Shown here: positions 1 to 13,168 of the stretch, piece by piece | Numbering within the stretch: the first letter of the stretch is position 1 | Layout: each line of letters begins with the position of its first letter | Assembly (NCBI GenBank): GCA_011109175.1 | Contig: RDEW01000001.1 | Coordinates: 729,607 to 793,606 of the forward strand | DNA from: Dicyema japonicum | Lineage: Eukaryota; Animalia; Dicyemida | Direction of reading: 5' to 3' | DNA length: 64,000 nucleotides | Notes under the pieces: generated by a model | What the model saw: only the letters and a program-made list of their open reading frames with translations | Database searches by the model: none | Told to the model about the DNA's origin: nothing | Program-made: the position numbers and the translations under genes

Positions 1-320
1 ATCCAATGCTGGAGAGAAAACCGTCCGTCTTCGCTCCCACGGTTCCAGTTGTCTCCACAGCAATGAAGGTGAAATGGTATTGGTCACCAAGGGATTCGTA
101 TTTACAGATCTTCTTGGCCTCCGCTTGGTCGGCTGCGTCTCCAGGAGAGTGCGTTGCCGTCAGCGATCTGCCCCTGAGAAGGTGTCCACACACGTTGCGT
201 CCCAGACAAGTAATTTTCCGTGGAAGTATGGGAATAACTTCATGCTATCAGGCCTCTTCCGTCGCCTCTGTCTAAGCCCAAAGGTTCCAATTGGGCCGGA
301 AATCCCGCGGCCTTGAGGGC
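1..320 (-). mobile_element. CRE-clade non-LTR retrotransposon 3' fragment (REL endonuclease domain), frameshifted
   Basis: Minus-strand translation gives LEPLGLDRGDG/KRPDSMKLFPYFHGKLLVWDATCVDTF...AADQAEAKKICKYESLGDQYHFTFIAVETTGTVG, matching the RPDG..WD.T..DT..AE..K..KY..F.P.A.ET.G pattern of CRE REL domains. Confidence 0.8.
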
Positions 321-551
321 TCAAAATGACAAATTATCGTATCTGTGAATGTAGTAGTATTGCACGGATACAATCGGTTCACCAGGAAGATTAATTATAT
401 TTCTTCCGTGTGATCCAATATATAGGTCTCCATCAGGTGCTCTTCCAGTTCTCGCATTCCAGTCTCCAGCAATAAATAAGAAGTGGGACGAGGAGAGTTC
501 AGCATGTTCACTTGAGAGGGCATCATAGAACTCTTCTATGTTTCTTGCCAC
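321..551 (-). mobile_element. RTE-type LINE apurinic endonuclease fragment
   Basis: ORF has EEFYDAL...LFIAGDWNARTG...IGSHG, the FY..L / GD.NA..G motifs of the RTE APE domain. Confidence 0.7.
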
Positions 552-880
552 TGTTGTTGGAATAAATCACAGATTTCAAAATTTTAATTCGATTATTGAC
601 TCTCTTATTTGCTGACATATGGTTCAATGCTATTAAGCACAGCGGAACCAAGACCATAATTCGCGGATTCGGAGGGGAAGAACATAAACGTATAGTCAAT
701 AATACTGATCATCTGCTGCTTCTTTATATTGGTTTCTTCTAGACAGAAGATTGATATTTGTAGCTTCTAGAGCTAGCTCGCATTTCTTTTGATCATCATT
801 TAGGACACGTGTATTTAGAAAGTCAAGAGTGAAAGAAGCCTTACTGTCGTATGGTAATAGATACTTTTGTGTCGCATAAG

Positions 881-1170
881 GGGACGTCACAACATAAACT
901 AAATATTTCTTCTCCTGACATTCTTGGCTGAACAACGTCTGATGACATCGGAAATTCTTACCTTAGATGAGTTAACTGCCAACCAATCTTTATTTCCAAT
1001 TTCCTTAGAAAGACCGCAAAGATTAAAGGGACGTCACCACATAAACCAAATATTTCTTCTCCTGACATTCTTGGCTAAACAACGTCTGATGACATCGGAA
1101 ATTCTTACCATAGATGAGTTAACTGCCAGCAAATCTTTATTTCCAACTTCCTTGGAAAGACCGCAAAGAT
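881..1170. repeat. Tandem duplication, ~147-bp unit x2
   Basis: GGGACGTCAC...AAAGACCGCAAAGAT occurs at 881-1023 and 1028-1170 with a few substitutions and no N. Confidence 0.9.
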
Positions 1171-1200
1171 CTCGACAGCGCGTTCAGCCGTTAGAGCATG

Positions 1201-1258
1201 CTGAGATCACGTGATTAGTTAGTTTGTGTAACCGTGGTTTCTGGTGTTATTATTATTA
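1201..1258 (+). repeat. Dispersed retroposon-like 3' end with (TTA)n tail; other copies at 9911-9968 (+) and 12819-12862 (-)
   Basis: GATCACGTGATTAGTTAGTTTG(G)TGTAACCGTGG..TCTG.TGTTATTATTATT is seen three times. Confidence 0.7.
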
Positions 1259-3725
1259 TAATCGTCTGGATCAGGTAGCACACATTTCGTACTGCGTCAA
1301 TCGTTTTCATTTATTGTTGTAATAATTTGATGAAGAATTAGAACTTGTTCACAATTCCTTGGTTTAAGTTTATTGTAAGTTTTTTAAAGTTCTTGAATTG
1401 GTCCCAATGCTGCATAATATTAATTTATTACTCTCTCAATAATCTTCGCTTCCCCCAGTGACGATTTTGTTAAACTGTTTACTATTATCTCTGTAGCTTG
1501 CACAAAGTTCTCTTGAGCACTTTGCTTGTATATAATTTAGGCTTGGGAGAGGATCTGCATTGCTCTCATCTCCAAGTAATCTCCAATCGGAAGGATCTTT
1601 GATTCCCAATAAAGATGATCGATAGGGTTGATATGAGAGAATTCGAAATTCAAGAATTTTGTTACTTAGAACCCGCCTTGATGTTCGATCAAACTCCTTG
1701 ATTAGGTCAATCTAGGCAAGGAATTTAATGAATTTCCTGTTCTTCCAGCCGCTTCGACACGTAAAGGATTTTTTCAAACTACTTGATTAGGACAATCAAG
1801 GGAAGGGATTTAATGAATTTCCTGCTCTTCCAGCCGCTTCGACGCGTAAAGTATATTTTCAAGTGGTTTCTTGACTTTACGTTTGTGCTCGACAATCATA
1901 CTTTCTAATGTTTTCCTTAACACTCATAGGAGACAAAAAATCACATTGAGTTTGATTGTCGACTCTACCAGTGATTGAATGAAAGCAGTACAAAATTGTC
2001 ACTTTAAAAAGTATTTTAATGGTTCTGCCATGGAAGAACTATTTTTTCGTAAAATTGAACAAAATAACCAGACAGTAATGGAATCCACATCAAGTCATTT
2101 TTCTGTTTAACTGCTATATTGGACTGGTTGAGTTCGAACTAGAAGATTATGTTGAAGTGAATCTTAGTATTAGTCGAGTATTAAGGGATAATTATGATTA
2201 CATAATGTTGATAGTCATCTACCGGCTGTACATGCCAGATTTATGTAAAGTCAGGTCTACATAATGTAGTCCGTATCCGTGAGAGCTTATTTGCTGTCTA
2301 TGGTCCGGAAATTTGAGCCTAAAATAGCAACACTAGAGAGGAAGATGGTAATGAGGAGTTAAGATGAACCCACTCTCAATATGGGCCTAATTGAAAAAAA
2401 AGTATTAGTGCGAAAAAAATGCACAGTTACCAATGTAAAAGATCTTAATGGTCGCCTCTTAAACGCCTTAATAAATTTCTCGTGAATTTAAATGCGAGCT
2501 CCGTATAACTCCAGTTTGAAAACATAACAAAGGCGTTTATGACTTTTCTACTTTTTCTGTGGCATACGGGTTGGATAAGTAAATCAACGACGATTCAGGG
2601 GAGTCATCTGACTTTGATGAAGATACAAAGTAGAGCGAATCATTCGAGGGTAATTGGAACAACCATTAAAATATATTACTGAGAGTTTATCCTTGCATTT
2701 AACCAACTGATGGGACTGAAATTATTGTGGAAAGTGGCGGTTAATTCTTATGGAGAGATCAGAATAAAAATTTAAGTCAGATTTGACTAATAAAGTCCAC
2801 ATAAAGAAAAAAATAGCAACAGTGAAACTCAAAAATGACAGATTCAAATATTTATCCTTTATATCCTATTTCATGGCAAGAAATTACTGTAAAAGAAGAG
2901 CGGAGGATATTTGAGTCTGGACGTCGATATAAGTTACCGTATTTCAAACTTTGGGTTTCAGAATTCTGTTGATTCTATTACTACCTGGAGACGTCATATT
3001 CACAAATAATAAGAACATTAAATGTGCTCGAGATATATCACTTGAGCTATTCCTATAAGCCAATCTTGCTGTTGCGATCAATTATATTTATCAATAGAAA
3101 AACATGATAATTTTGATTCTTAAATATTATAATTAAAATAATAAATTTTATTTATATAAAATTTAAAATTAAACAAATAATCAATACCGAAAATTTTCAA
3201 TGTTGGGCTGTGCCAATAGAATAAATAATTCTGATGATAAATGTAAATTCTATACTAGATTAAACAATTCACCAATGAAAAAGTTAATTTACTAATCCAA
3301 CCCTATATAAGCCAAAAAGAGAAATTACTGTTAAGATGGTCGAAGAGATACAATCCCTTGAAGAAAAAAAGAATAAGATTCGTGAAAAAATTAAGTCATA
3401 GACAAGTTTGACGCGAAATTTTAATATCTTAGAACTTGATTTTATTAAAGAATTCTAGGTTTCAATGAAAAAATTCAATAACTTGTTATTACTGTAAATG
3501 AATCTATTTTTCGATAGAATTGGTCTGATGACGTCATAACAAGGATTGCTAGAAAAAAGATATTGAAGAGCATAATTTAGTAGAATATTCAATTATTTTT
3601 AGACTCTGATCAAAAATCTTAAAAATCACAACGAATCATAAGAAGAAAGTTATTTTGAAATTCAACATATTTTGGCGGTAAATATCGACAAAATATTGAA
3701 TCGACGTGGGTTCAAAAAAGTGCCC

Positions 3726-3911
3726 AATAGGAATAGACCATTAAAGAAGTTGGGCTCTGGCAAATGTGATAACCTGAAGGCGCTCATGAATAGAAAATTC
3801 CCATCTTTTAAAGGGAAAAATAGGAATAGACTTTTAAAGAAATTGGGCTCTGGCAAATGTGATAACCTGTAGGCGCTCATGAATAGAAAATTCCTTTCTT
3901 TTAAAGGGAAA
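3726..3911. repeat. Tandem duplication, ~93-bp unit x2
   Basis: AATAGGAATAGAC...GGGCTCTGGCAAATGTGATAACCTG...TTTAAAGGGAAA is repeated. Confidence 0.85.
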
Positions 3912-3938
3912 GTTTATAGTGAAGCAAACCTATAGGAA

Positions 3939-5260
3939 ATGGATGTCTCCCTCAGTGACATCTTTGAGGAATATATGCGGACAAATTTTCGACTACCTAT
4001 GTATGGAGGAAGTCGACTGCGCATTTCAGGCCTGGTTTTGACTAAAAAAATTCTTAGTAAAAGGTTTATGCGTTACCGGGCTAAGTCTAGGTACAAGGAA
4101 AATTGTACCTACTGCATTAGGAAGATAAATGTTCTCCAGCGTGAAATTAGAAGGGCCTTGTGGTGCTGGAGAGTGAAAGATGGAGGAACACCTATGAGAG
4201 GGTGAACCTTACATGGACGGACCAAAGGAAGCACCTGAAGATCTTGTCGTAGAGGGGAGGATTAGTTTTCGCGTACTTTGTGTCGCTCGGATAGTTATAA
4301 AACCTGGAGACCAGAGAGAGTGATACACCAGAGGTTAGCTTAGGAATGCATAATAAAAGACACCCTCTCGGACCTTCAGATGGGATTCCGTAAGGTACGA
4401 TCCAGTGCTGATTACCTCTCAGATCCGCAACCATAGGAAGATGAAAGAATGCACTGTTTCTTGATGTGGAAAGGGTGTTCGACTCGGTGTGGCATGACGA
4501 CCTCCGATGCACCTTTGTCAAGGCAGGAATAACCTTGGAGTTGAGAAGTTGGTTTTCCAGCTTTTTGGAATACTAGATGAACAAAGTGAGGCATAAAGGC
4601 TGCTGATCTAGTTTTTTAGATCTTACCAGGGAGTTCCACAAGGTTCGGTGATGACCCCCACCCTTTTTAATATATACATTTCAACGGTACTTCACCCAGC
4701 CAATGTGAGAACAGAAATGGCTCTATATGCTGATGACATAGTACTCTGGGATCACTAGTGAAGACCAGATGTGACGTGTTGGAGGATGCAAGACGCTGTT
4801 GATGAAATCATACGCTGGTGTGATAGAGAGGACTCAGGCATGAAAAGTACAGGTTATTAGTCTTTGGAGCCCTAAGCGGTATATTAATATATTACCTAGA
4901 GTGACCATCTATGTGATTTCTAGAGAGTCATTGGGAGGATTAGGTACCTTGGAGTGACTTTCAACTCCAAGTGTAGTTTCCAGGAGTACAATGTCCTCGT
5001 AAAGAGTTGGCCTGTAAAAAATTGGGTGCGATGAGGCCTATGCGCAACTACGGTGTACACTCATGGTATTACAGTGAGGAATGTGAAAATTGCCTCGAAT
5101 GTCTGAGGAATATCCGGCGGCGTGTAATACGGTAATCTTTAGGGATGTCTTATAGAGCCCCATTAACTGGTAGAGTATACAGAGATTTCAAGGATCTACA
5201 AAATGTAATAGAGAAGATCCTCCGTAACTACATAATTCAGTGATAGGACATGGCAAGGGG
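3939..5260 (+). mobile_element. Degenerate Jockey/CR1-like LINE reverse transcriptase remnant
   Basis: 4630-4750 translates, with one frameshift, to GVPQGSVMTP.LFNIYIS...MALYADDIVLW (RT motifs); YLGVT-like segment downstream; many stops. Confidence 0.7.
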
Positions 5261-5487
5261 AAGGCGAGAAGGGTGTCCCGAAAACGCTGCCACAAGGCTA
5301 CGAAATGGACACAAAGTTATCTTTCATAACTATTATTTCTATGCCTAATAAAAAGTTAAACGCTAAAAAAGTCCTTATAATCGATTGACAATTCCATGAT
5401 GCTTACAGATCAAACTTTCAAAAAATAACTTTAACTGGAAAAAATTTTTTTTTAGTTCATGAAATTTTTTTAACAATTAAACAAATG

Positions 5488-5710
5488 TCAGTTGAGGAAG
5501 CCTGCTGCGTGGATTGCGAACGAGTTCCCTCGGAGTATGGCTATTCCAATCTTTTGTCTTAGCCATAATTCTTCTCGTTGATCCCTTTTCTTTCTGGCAA
5601 GCAATCCTCCGAGTTCTTGCAAGAATTCAGCCGTCATTGGACCAACGGCTCCCGATGATTCGGTCGCAACAGGAGTAAATTGGTAGCGATCCCCGAGGCA
5701 AGAATATTTC
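5488..5710 (-). mobile_element. CRE-clade retrotransposon C-terminal fragment
   Basis: KY..LGDRYQFTPVATESSGAVG...FLQELG...LRQKIGIAILRGNS is the typical CRE C-terminus. Confidence 0.85.
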
Positions 5711-6868
5711 TTGACTGGAAAATTAACTATAATTTTCACTAGAGCTTATTTTTCGCTCTCATGTGAATTCTCAACTTTAAGTAACCTGTGAGACATGATT
5801 ACGACTTTAATTATAACAATATCATTGTCATCCTGTTATTCGTTGAATTTCAACTTTGTCATACTTAACCTGACTCTCTGTCATCAATGTGATGTCCACT
5901 AAAATTTCGACCTTCTGAGTAGTAATAATAGAGTTGACAGAATGTGTCTTTAATATTCATGACTTCTTGACGAAATAAATTCTGCATAAAAACTTCATTA
6001 TGCACTTTTTTGTATTCACTAATGCGACAAGTATCACTTCAATAGATCCACATACATTCTAGTACAACACGTACCTCTTCAATAGGTCCACGAACATTTA
6101 GCCTTCTTGAAATGATTACAAAACGAATCTTTAACTCAAAGAACAAGTTTCTGTCTTAAAGAAGGAATTAATACCTCACGACCTCGTTTCCATTAACCAA
6201 CCAATCTACCGATCCAATAATGTCAAAATTTACTTTCAATCGAAAAACCTAGAATCCTAGTACAATTCATTATGAATTAACGCTGTTAATATTTAATTCA
6301 GCATGACGACGTTTATATCATGCAGTCTATCTAAGCGCACTGAGTCTTGATAACGTCCACCGACGAAAGTAATCCAAAGCCTCTGTCGAAACCACCACCC
6401 CTCAATGGTTCATTTAAGTGTGTCAATAACTCTTTCTGTCGTTTCCCCTTAGGTTTCGTATGCGATGGGAGAAAACGAAAACAGTCCAGAGTTTTGTTAA
6501 TGTGAATATATCGTTTGAAGGAGTCCATATGTAAAAAACATCTAAAGTAGAAAAATTTGGGAGATATTCATAAGAGCGAGCATCTGCTTCATGTTAATAA
6601 ATTCAATCCTTGAATAATTCACAGCTAATTCTAGTTTTTTCAGTGATGACAATACATTGATGGACATATTACTAGAAATAGAAAGTAGAAACATTTAAGG
6701 TTATATTTCACACGTGCAACCCCCAAAACGATTCTGTCAACAAGCCTCTTTCAACTCAGTTAACACTGAATATCATAAATAAGGATTTAGCCATAGTGAT
6801 ATCAGCAGTTTACCAATTTGATTGATTAACCCCGGATACACCGAGAAAGAAGTTAAAGTAATATGTTG

Positions 6869-7320
6869 TTATGTTGTCCAATTTAGTCGTGTCCGACCCT
6901 TGGAGATCTCATGAACGAGTTTCCTCCACTCTCTCCGATTTGTTGCAATTTGGAGTACCCTTGATATAGGCATTCCCGTGACGTCTTCCACCGTGGATAG
7001 CCACCGAGTCCTTGGTCGGCCAGGTCTTCTCTTCCCAGTAATATTGTTCAGCATAATGGTTCTTTCCAGTGAATCAGAGAGGACAACATTCCCAAAGAAC
7101 GCAAATCTGTGTTTTACGATTCTTCCCTCTAGCGAAATGTCAGTCTCTACCCGTTTGAGTACATTGGTGGTTGTTACTTTGGAGGTCCAAGGGATTCTTA
7201 GTAACCTCCTCCAGCACCACAGCTCAAAAGCATTAATTCTTCGCCTATCCGCTTTTTTCAATGTCCATGATTCTGCGCCGTATAAAAAAACCGGGAACAC
7301 GATTTCATTAACTAATCTGC
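6869..7320 (-). mobile_element. RTE LINE ORF C-terminal fragment
   Basis: FPVFLYGAESWTLKKADRRRINAFELWCWRRLLRIPW...RRPGRPRTRWL is a classic RTE/BovB-like post-RT region. Confidence 0.9.
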
Positions 7321-9049
7321 ATTTGGTTAAAGTAAACAACTAATTAAATGTATCCAGTTTCTACTTCTACAGAGTCCATCCGGAATCAACATAAAGGGTA
7401 AAAGACGTCTATTCTTTCAGTAGTGATTTGGTTAAAGTAAACAACTAATTAAATGTATCCAGTTTCTACTTCTACAGAGTCCATCCGGAATCAACATAAA
7501 GGGTAAAAGACGTCTATTCTTTCAGTAGTGGAAACCCCTCCAATGGAGTGGGGGAGAGTGAATGCTCTTTTTTCGTGCCGGCATGGCACTGGGCGCCACC
7601 TATACAAGTGGATTACATGACGCCACTCTAAGAGATCTTCATATAATTGTTGAACTCAATTATCAAATCATGCAATCAACTGCGTTATCTAACGTCACTG
7701 GTCCAATATTATCACGACTACGAAATGATAGTCCTGCTAAATACTGCAGAGGAATCTGATTGCAGCAATAAGTTTTCTTTTGCTTTTTATGAAAATAGTT
7801 GGGTTTCAATCTCCCTCATGAGCAGAGGAATTCTTATTCATAGTTACAGTCGTAGCTTCCATAAGTTAAAGGACTGACATTTTAGTGAGTATACAACGTA
7901 AAAATTGTTGTTCGAAAAAAGGAGATGAGTTTGTGGAGCATAGTCTCAGATTCCGCTAATTCGTACACAACATCGACATACTCTACAAATTTGCTGGTAG
8001 TGGATCCCAATAGAGTCTTCAAATTTAATGAGGTTTTTTCGAACAAGTGCAGGCACAACGTTCATATAATAGAGGCCTTTAATGAAAACTTGCTTCGAAT
8101 ACGAGACCACATCAGCAACCTGTCGTACGTAAATTCATTAACTGAAGCAGAATTTTTTACAGGTATTAAACAAAAATCCTCATATAATAGAGGCCTTTAA
8201 TGAAGACTTGCTTCGAATAAGAGACCACATCAGCAAACTGTCGTACGTAGCTTCATTAACTGAAGCAGAATTTTTTACAGGTATTAAACAAAAATCCAAG
8301 TTCTTCTATGCAACGACAGTATAAAGTGAATAAAGTGTATGTCGGTTCAATTTCTCGAACTATTTTCTTCCTTTGTTAAGTCTCCATGTTCATCCGTGGC
8401 ACAATTTGAAAAGAACGATCTTTCTCACACATTCATCCCCCATAGACTTCCTGTGTAAACACAAGCGCAGACACTTCTCGTAAACTTGAAGTCCCTCGAC
8501 GATCACAAGATGGAAATGGCAAGGGTGGTATAGCAAACTGGGATCGCTTAATCAGTTCGGTTACTATTCCCTTGTTTCTCGGTTTTTCCCGGGTTATGTA
8601 AATAAATCATTTCGAATCTGTCATAACAGTCTGATGTTCCCTAGAAATGCCGAATAAATGAATAATGTTAATAAATTGTTGATTTGTTTCGTGATTTTGT
8701 GTAAAATTTTTCTGTTTGATTTACCAGCTTAAACATGTAGCTTTAAATATCAATGAGTTAACAAGTGAATTATTACTCAGCAAAAATCCACTGCTAGAAT
8801 CTGTCTTCATTAAATCATTTCTCGTGGAGTAGGTTTGAATACATGCAGGTAGAAGAAAGAGACAGTTTTATAGTTTTTTTTTATATTTGTGTATGTTTTA
8901 CGAAGGATGCTTTAAAGAAATTATTATTGAATGAATGTGTGTTTTATTTTCAAATTAATATTTTATTACACAGTTGAATTTTTTTACAAGTAAACTCAGT
9001 TTATTAACATTATTATTATTGTCCAAGGATCACCGGGTTAAAAGAATAA

Positions 9050-9245
9050 AGAAAGTTCTTAACTAAGTGATCCCAGACCGACAACTTGGGACCTGGGTCC
9101 GCCGGGACGGGGGTGGGTGGTTGGTTAAATGTTACGTAACTCACTGAACAGGAGACATTTTAAAGAAAAGAGTTACACTGTCCCTATCCTACAAGGACGG
9201 ACTGTCTCTGTGTGGGGACGTCGAATCGAACCCCAGTTCCCTAAA
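9050..9245 (-). mobile_element. Possible second SINE-like element (B-box plus LINE-like 3' end)
   Basis: Minus strand has GGTTCGATTC near the 5' end and ends GTCTGGGATCACTTAGTTAAGAACTTT, similar to the LINE-adjacent 3' end at 46850-46875. Confidence 0.4.
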
Positions 9246-9269
9246 GATCATGAAAATTTATTAACAATA

Positions 9270-9720
9270 GCAGGGAAGAGCAGCTGCTGACATTACGGAG
9301 TAAGCGTTTCCTCGAACAACTGCAATCCCAATTCGTTGCCTCGGTCAGACCGCTTCCCGCACGTTTTTCTTACGATGACTCAATCTGCTGGATCGCCAGC
9401 AGATTGCGCCGAAGTGAGTATCATCGAGTTTGAATAGAATTAACACAAAGCAGTCCATACTAGCGATTTTCCTCCAAAGAAAGAAAGATTGTTAGCCCAT
9501 CCGGTCTTTTCCCGTCTCCGAGGTCCAATCCCACGGGCTCCAACACTGCAGGATTTCCGGTAGTGTTGAAGCACACATGATAATGTTGTTCATAGCAGCG
9601 TAGTGGGGTGCTCTGCCCGCACTCCTTTTGCACAAAAGCGGATGCAGCCCTTTGTCATCGACGATCCCTCCACAACGGAAGTGGTGTTGACACATACATC
9701 AACTCCATTCACATTTGATG
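9270..9720 (-). mobile_element. CRE-clade fragment (zinc knuckle to C-terminus, internally deleted)
   Basis: CGGIVDDKGLHPLLCKRSAGR...MNNII..., GL..RDGKRPDG-like segment and a terminal IAVVRGNAYSV. Confidence 0.8.
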
Positions 9721-10660
9721 AAATCGATTCATAAAAAATATTAAAAATATTAATAAATTAATTTATTGATTGATTGTTATATAATAATTGATTGTGTGAA
9801 CCGTTGAGCGTGCCGTCGTGACTACAAAGATCCGTTCATTCGGGCAATACGTGTTTGTGTGGGGTCGAAAGAGGAGCATCGGGCCAAGTTGAGATCGCTG
9901 CTAGGGCGTTCTGGGATCACGTGATTAGTTAGTTTGGTGTAACCGTGGTCTCTGATGTTATTATTATTGGCTGTATAGGTGTGTTCAATATTGATTTTTG
10001 TAAATATAAGGAAAATTTTATGCACATAATCGTGAAATAAAATGATTTGATATTAAAGTAAGGTTAGTGGCAATAAGAACATGTTGTCAGGTTAGAAGAC
10101 AACGAAAATTTACTTTCACAAAATAATAACATCTTAGTAAATCAATTTAGTGAAAATTGAATTTTCTTAAGTTATTCTTAAAAATGAACAACTTTCTCAA
10201 AATTTATAAAATACGATGTAAAGTCAAGATCCACCACATCAACGTGTAATTCAACATTTTAAGGTAAAAAAAGTTATCCGATTAAGTGATCTCTGTTTTT
10301 TATGATGGAAGCAATAAAGTTCGATTAACTAATCGTTGAAAGGAAAAGAGGCAAAAAATGTTCTTTAACAACTTTTTTGTTGTTGCGTGTGAATCCTTTA
10401 CAGACNACAAAATGATAACATTTTAGTAAATCAATTTACTGAAAATTTAATTTTCTTAAGTTATTCTTAAAAATGAACAACTTTCTCAAAATTTATAAAA
10501 TACGATGTAAAGTCAGGATCCACCACATCAACGTGTAATTCAACATTTTAAGGTAAAAAAAGTAATCCGATTAAGTGATCTCTGTTTTTTATGATGGAAG
10601 CAATAAAGTTCGATTAACTAATCGTTGAAAGGGAAGGAGGCAAGAACTGTTCTTTAACAA

Positions 10661-10790
10661 CTTTTTTTTTGTTGCGTGTGAATCCTTTACAGACGATCAG
10701 ATTGGCAGTAAAGCATTCACTCGTTATACCCAAAATATCGTAGATGTGTGGAACACATTCAAAGTGTTCAGCAACGAGATTCGAACCTAT
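10661..10790 (-). mobile_element. tRNA-derived SINE family A copy (A-box lost)
   Basis: Minus strand GGTTCGAATCTCGTTGCTGAACAC...TTCCACACATCTACGAT...CACACGCAACAAAAAAAAAG aligns with 51578-51730. Confidence 0.7.
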
Positions 10791-11399
10791 CAGGACTTAT
10801 GAAACTTTTTAAATTCATTTTTTGATATTCCGAACGAACTACATTTTTGAAATATGCTTACACGTTGCGTTCGATATAAAAGAACTCGTACCTTGGCGGA
10901 TTGATGTTGACTTTATTTATAACTTCGGTTTCACTCATAGTTAACACAAATTTACATACTCAAAGCTCACAAGGTAACTTTGATAATATTTAAAGCATGC
11001 GAGAGTGAGCTCCGTTCACTTAAGTCAGAATATTCACGATGGAAGCAAATCTACAGATTTATTAATATTCATGTTAATCACATCAAACGTGAATATGGAA
11101 GTGTGTAATGAATATAATAATATAACTTACTATATAACATTGGGACCAATTCAAGAACTTAATGAAACCTACAGTAGGCTTGTGAACTGTGAACAAATTC
11201 CATTTCTTCATCGAATAATTACAACATTGAATGAAAACATGAATGCAACATCTAACAGCTTAAAGCAGTACGAAAGTTGTGCAATACCTAATCCAAATTA
11301 TTAAACTAATATTAAGGCGTTATCAATAAATTTTCTTTATTATAGGCACGTGCTATGCCAAGATCATGACAAAGCATGTGCAACACGAAAAGTTAACAA

Positions 11400-11900
11400 T
11401 CTAATTACATCGCCAATCTTTTTCGATCCGTTGCCATGTTCCGTAGCATATCTAGATCATCCTCATCTTTAAAGCACTTTCCTATCCTTCTGAGATCTTC
11501 ATCTAGGATTACCGGCAGTGTTGTCTCCGGCCGGCCGCGGAAACACGAAGCCTCTAAGATAAAATACTCCTTCTTCTATTGCTATGTTGGCAAGGGACCC
11601 ATTTCGTGGCGGAGTATGTGTCTAAACAGCTTCCATCTTGAATCAGTAATATCACATGATTTTGGCTCAATCCTGTTTTCTTGTATATGATTTCGGACGA
11701 GATTTTAAAAAAGCTCTGGAAAGAAAGATATTCTCGGAGATGATTTCTGTGAAAAAAATCAACTTTTCGAGTTCCTGCCTTGTACATGCCCATGTACCAA
11801 CATTATATAATAGGATTGGCTTCACTATGACATTGAATAGTTTCATTCGAGTTTTCCTTCCATCATTCTTAGGGATATATCTTCCAGTTATTTCCTGCAG
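11400..11900 (-). mobile_element. RTE LINE C-terminal fragment
   Basis: KTRMKLFNVIVKPILLYNVGTWACTRQELEK../DFFHRNHLREY...RGRPETTLPVILDEDL. Confidence 0.8.
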
Positions 11901-12234
11901 TTGGTCAGGGTGACCTTATATCTTTTATGGGTTGTTTATCATTTACCAGACTCTCCACTGCAAATCTATCACATGCTGTGGTCTCCCGTTTACCAGAGAT
12001 TCCAAAGACACGTTTCATACGACGCCAGAAGATCGTTGTAGGATCTCGAGTCATATAGTAATCTTTTTTCGCCTTGTCTGCATACCAGATAGTCGATTTA
12101 CGGATGACCGCCAAAATTAGATTTTCCGTTTTTAAGGCCATTTCTTTATAGTTCAAAATAAAAACAGTTTAATATTTTGCTTGTAGAGATAATGTAAATT
12201 TATTCAGTTTTTCATAAATTGTCCGACGGGATCA

Positions 12235-12607
12235 CAATTTTCCCATTCAAAGAAAGGAATTCTTTGGTCTGTGACGCTACTTGTGTCGACCCAATTTGCC
12301 CGTCCAACAATGTCGGGACGCGGTATACACACTGTATGCCGCTGAAAAAGCAATGAATGCAAAGGAAAAAAAATATGAAGCATTGCACGATTGGTTCACT
12401 TTCTATCCCATTATGGTCGAGACAGCTGGAAGAATAAGTGGAAAATCGCTTCGCTTCCTAAAGAAATTTGGACGCCTAGCTACACTAAAAAACCACGACG
12501 TACGTGAGACCTGGCGGATTCTCCAGTTGATCTCTGTTGCAATCGTGAGAGGCAACGCAACGTCGATAATGTCGGCGGGGTCCACTTTGGATGGTTGGCT
12601 GTGTTAA
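12235..12607 (+). mobile_element. CRE-clade retrotransposon C-terminal fragment
   Basis: AAEKAMNAKEKKYEALHDWFTFYPIMVETAG...ISVAIVRGNATSIM. Confidence 0.85.
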
Positions 12608-12920
12608 CTTAATTACATTATAATAATTGATTATTTACCCCTTAAAAATAAAAGCATATTACACATACTGCCGTAAACGGTCTATCAAATCCGTTCAAAG
12701 AAAATCTACATGAGAGGTAGCTTTCATCATATTTTCTAAATTTATAATTATAAAAAACCTTTTTGAATATTTTTGAAATCTTATATGCAATTATTTTTTT
12801 TCATTACAAATCTTATACTAATAACACCAGATACCACGGTTACACAAATTGACTAACTAATCCAAAAGAGATACAAGATATAAGCGTGGATGTTTAATAT
12901 AAAGTGAAGTCTCTAATATA

Positions 12921-12984
12921 CAGTTGAGTCTCTAATTGAGTCTCTAACTCTTAAATTGGGACTTTAATTTAAGGGACTTTACTG
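12921..12984. mobile_element. 64-bp mini-MITE of the Tigger/pogo type
   Basis: TA|CAGTTGAGTCTCT ... AGGGACTTTACTG|TA; the ends resemble the CAGTAAAGTCTCT TIR at 30432/30916. Confidence 0.55.
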
Positions 12985-13067
12985 TATTTGATAATTAAAA
13001 ATTATTATTAAATAAATTTTAATAAATTTCGCAGAACATGAGTTGGGAATCACTGTATTAGAGCCAT

Positions 13068-13168
13068 GATTAGGGATAGGAGTTAAGTATAGGGATTAGT
13101 GTCAGGGTTAAGGTTGGGGGATAGGGATTAGAGTTATGTTTAGGGTTGGGAGTTATAGTTACAGTTAA
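13068..13168 (+). repeat. Degenerate TTAGGG-like hexamer tract
   Basis: ATTAGGGATAGGAGTTAAG...TAGGGATTAGTGTCAGGGTTAAGGTTGGGGGATAGGGATTAGAGTTATGTTTAGGGTTGGG. Confidence 0.6.

Noticed and set aside
5760-6530. Possible spliced gene on the minus strand (similar stretches at 2200-2760, 7500-8300, 25000-25930 and 61740-62300)
   Set aside because: Coding-like segments and candidate tiny introns are present, but I could not build a continuous frame or recognise a family
881-8297. CRISPR-like repeat-spacer arrays
   Set aside because: The repeats are two-copy head-to-tail duplications without unique spacers, the DNA is eukaryotic, and there are no cas genes
10110-10700. Direct repeats flanking single Ns (also at 17145, 20908, 22731, 29613, 33214, 55408)
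   Set aside because: Each duplication is centred on a lone N, as expected for unmerged overlapping contig ends; treated as assembly artefacts
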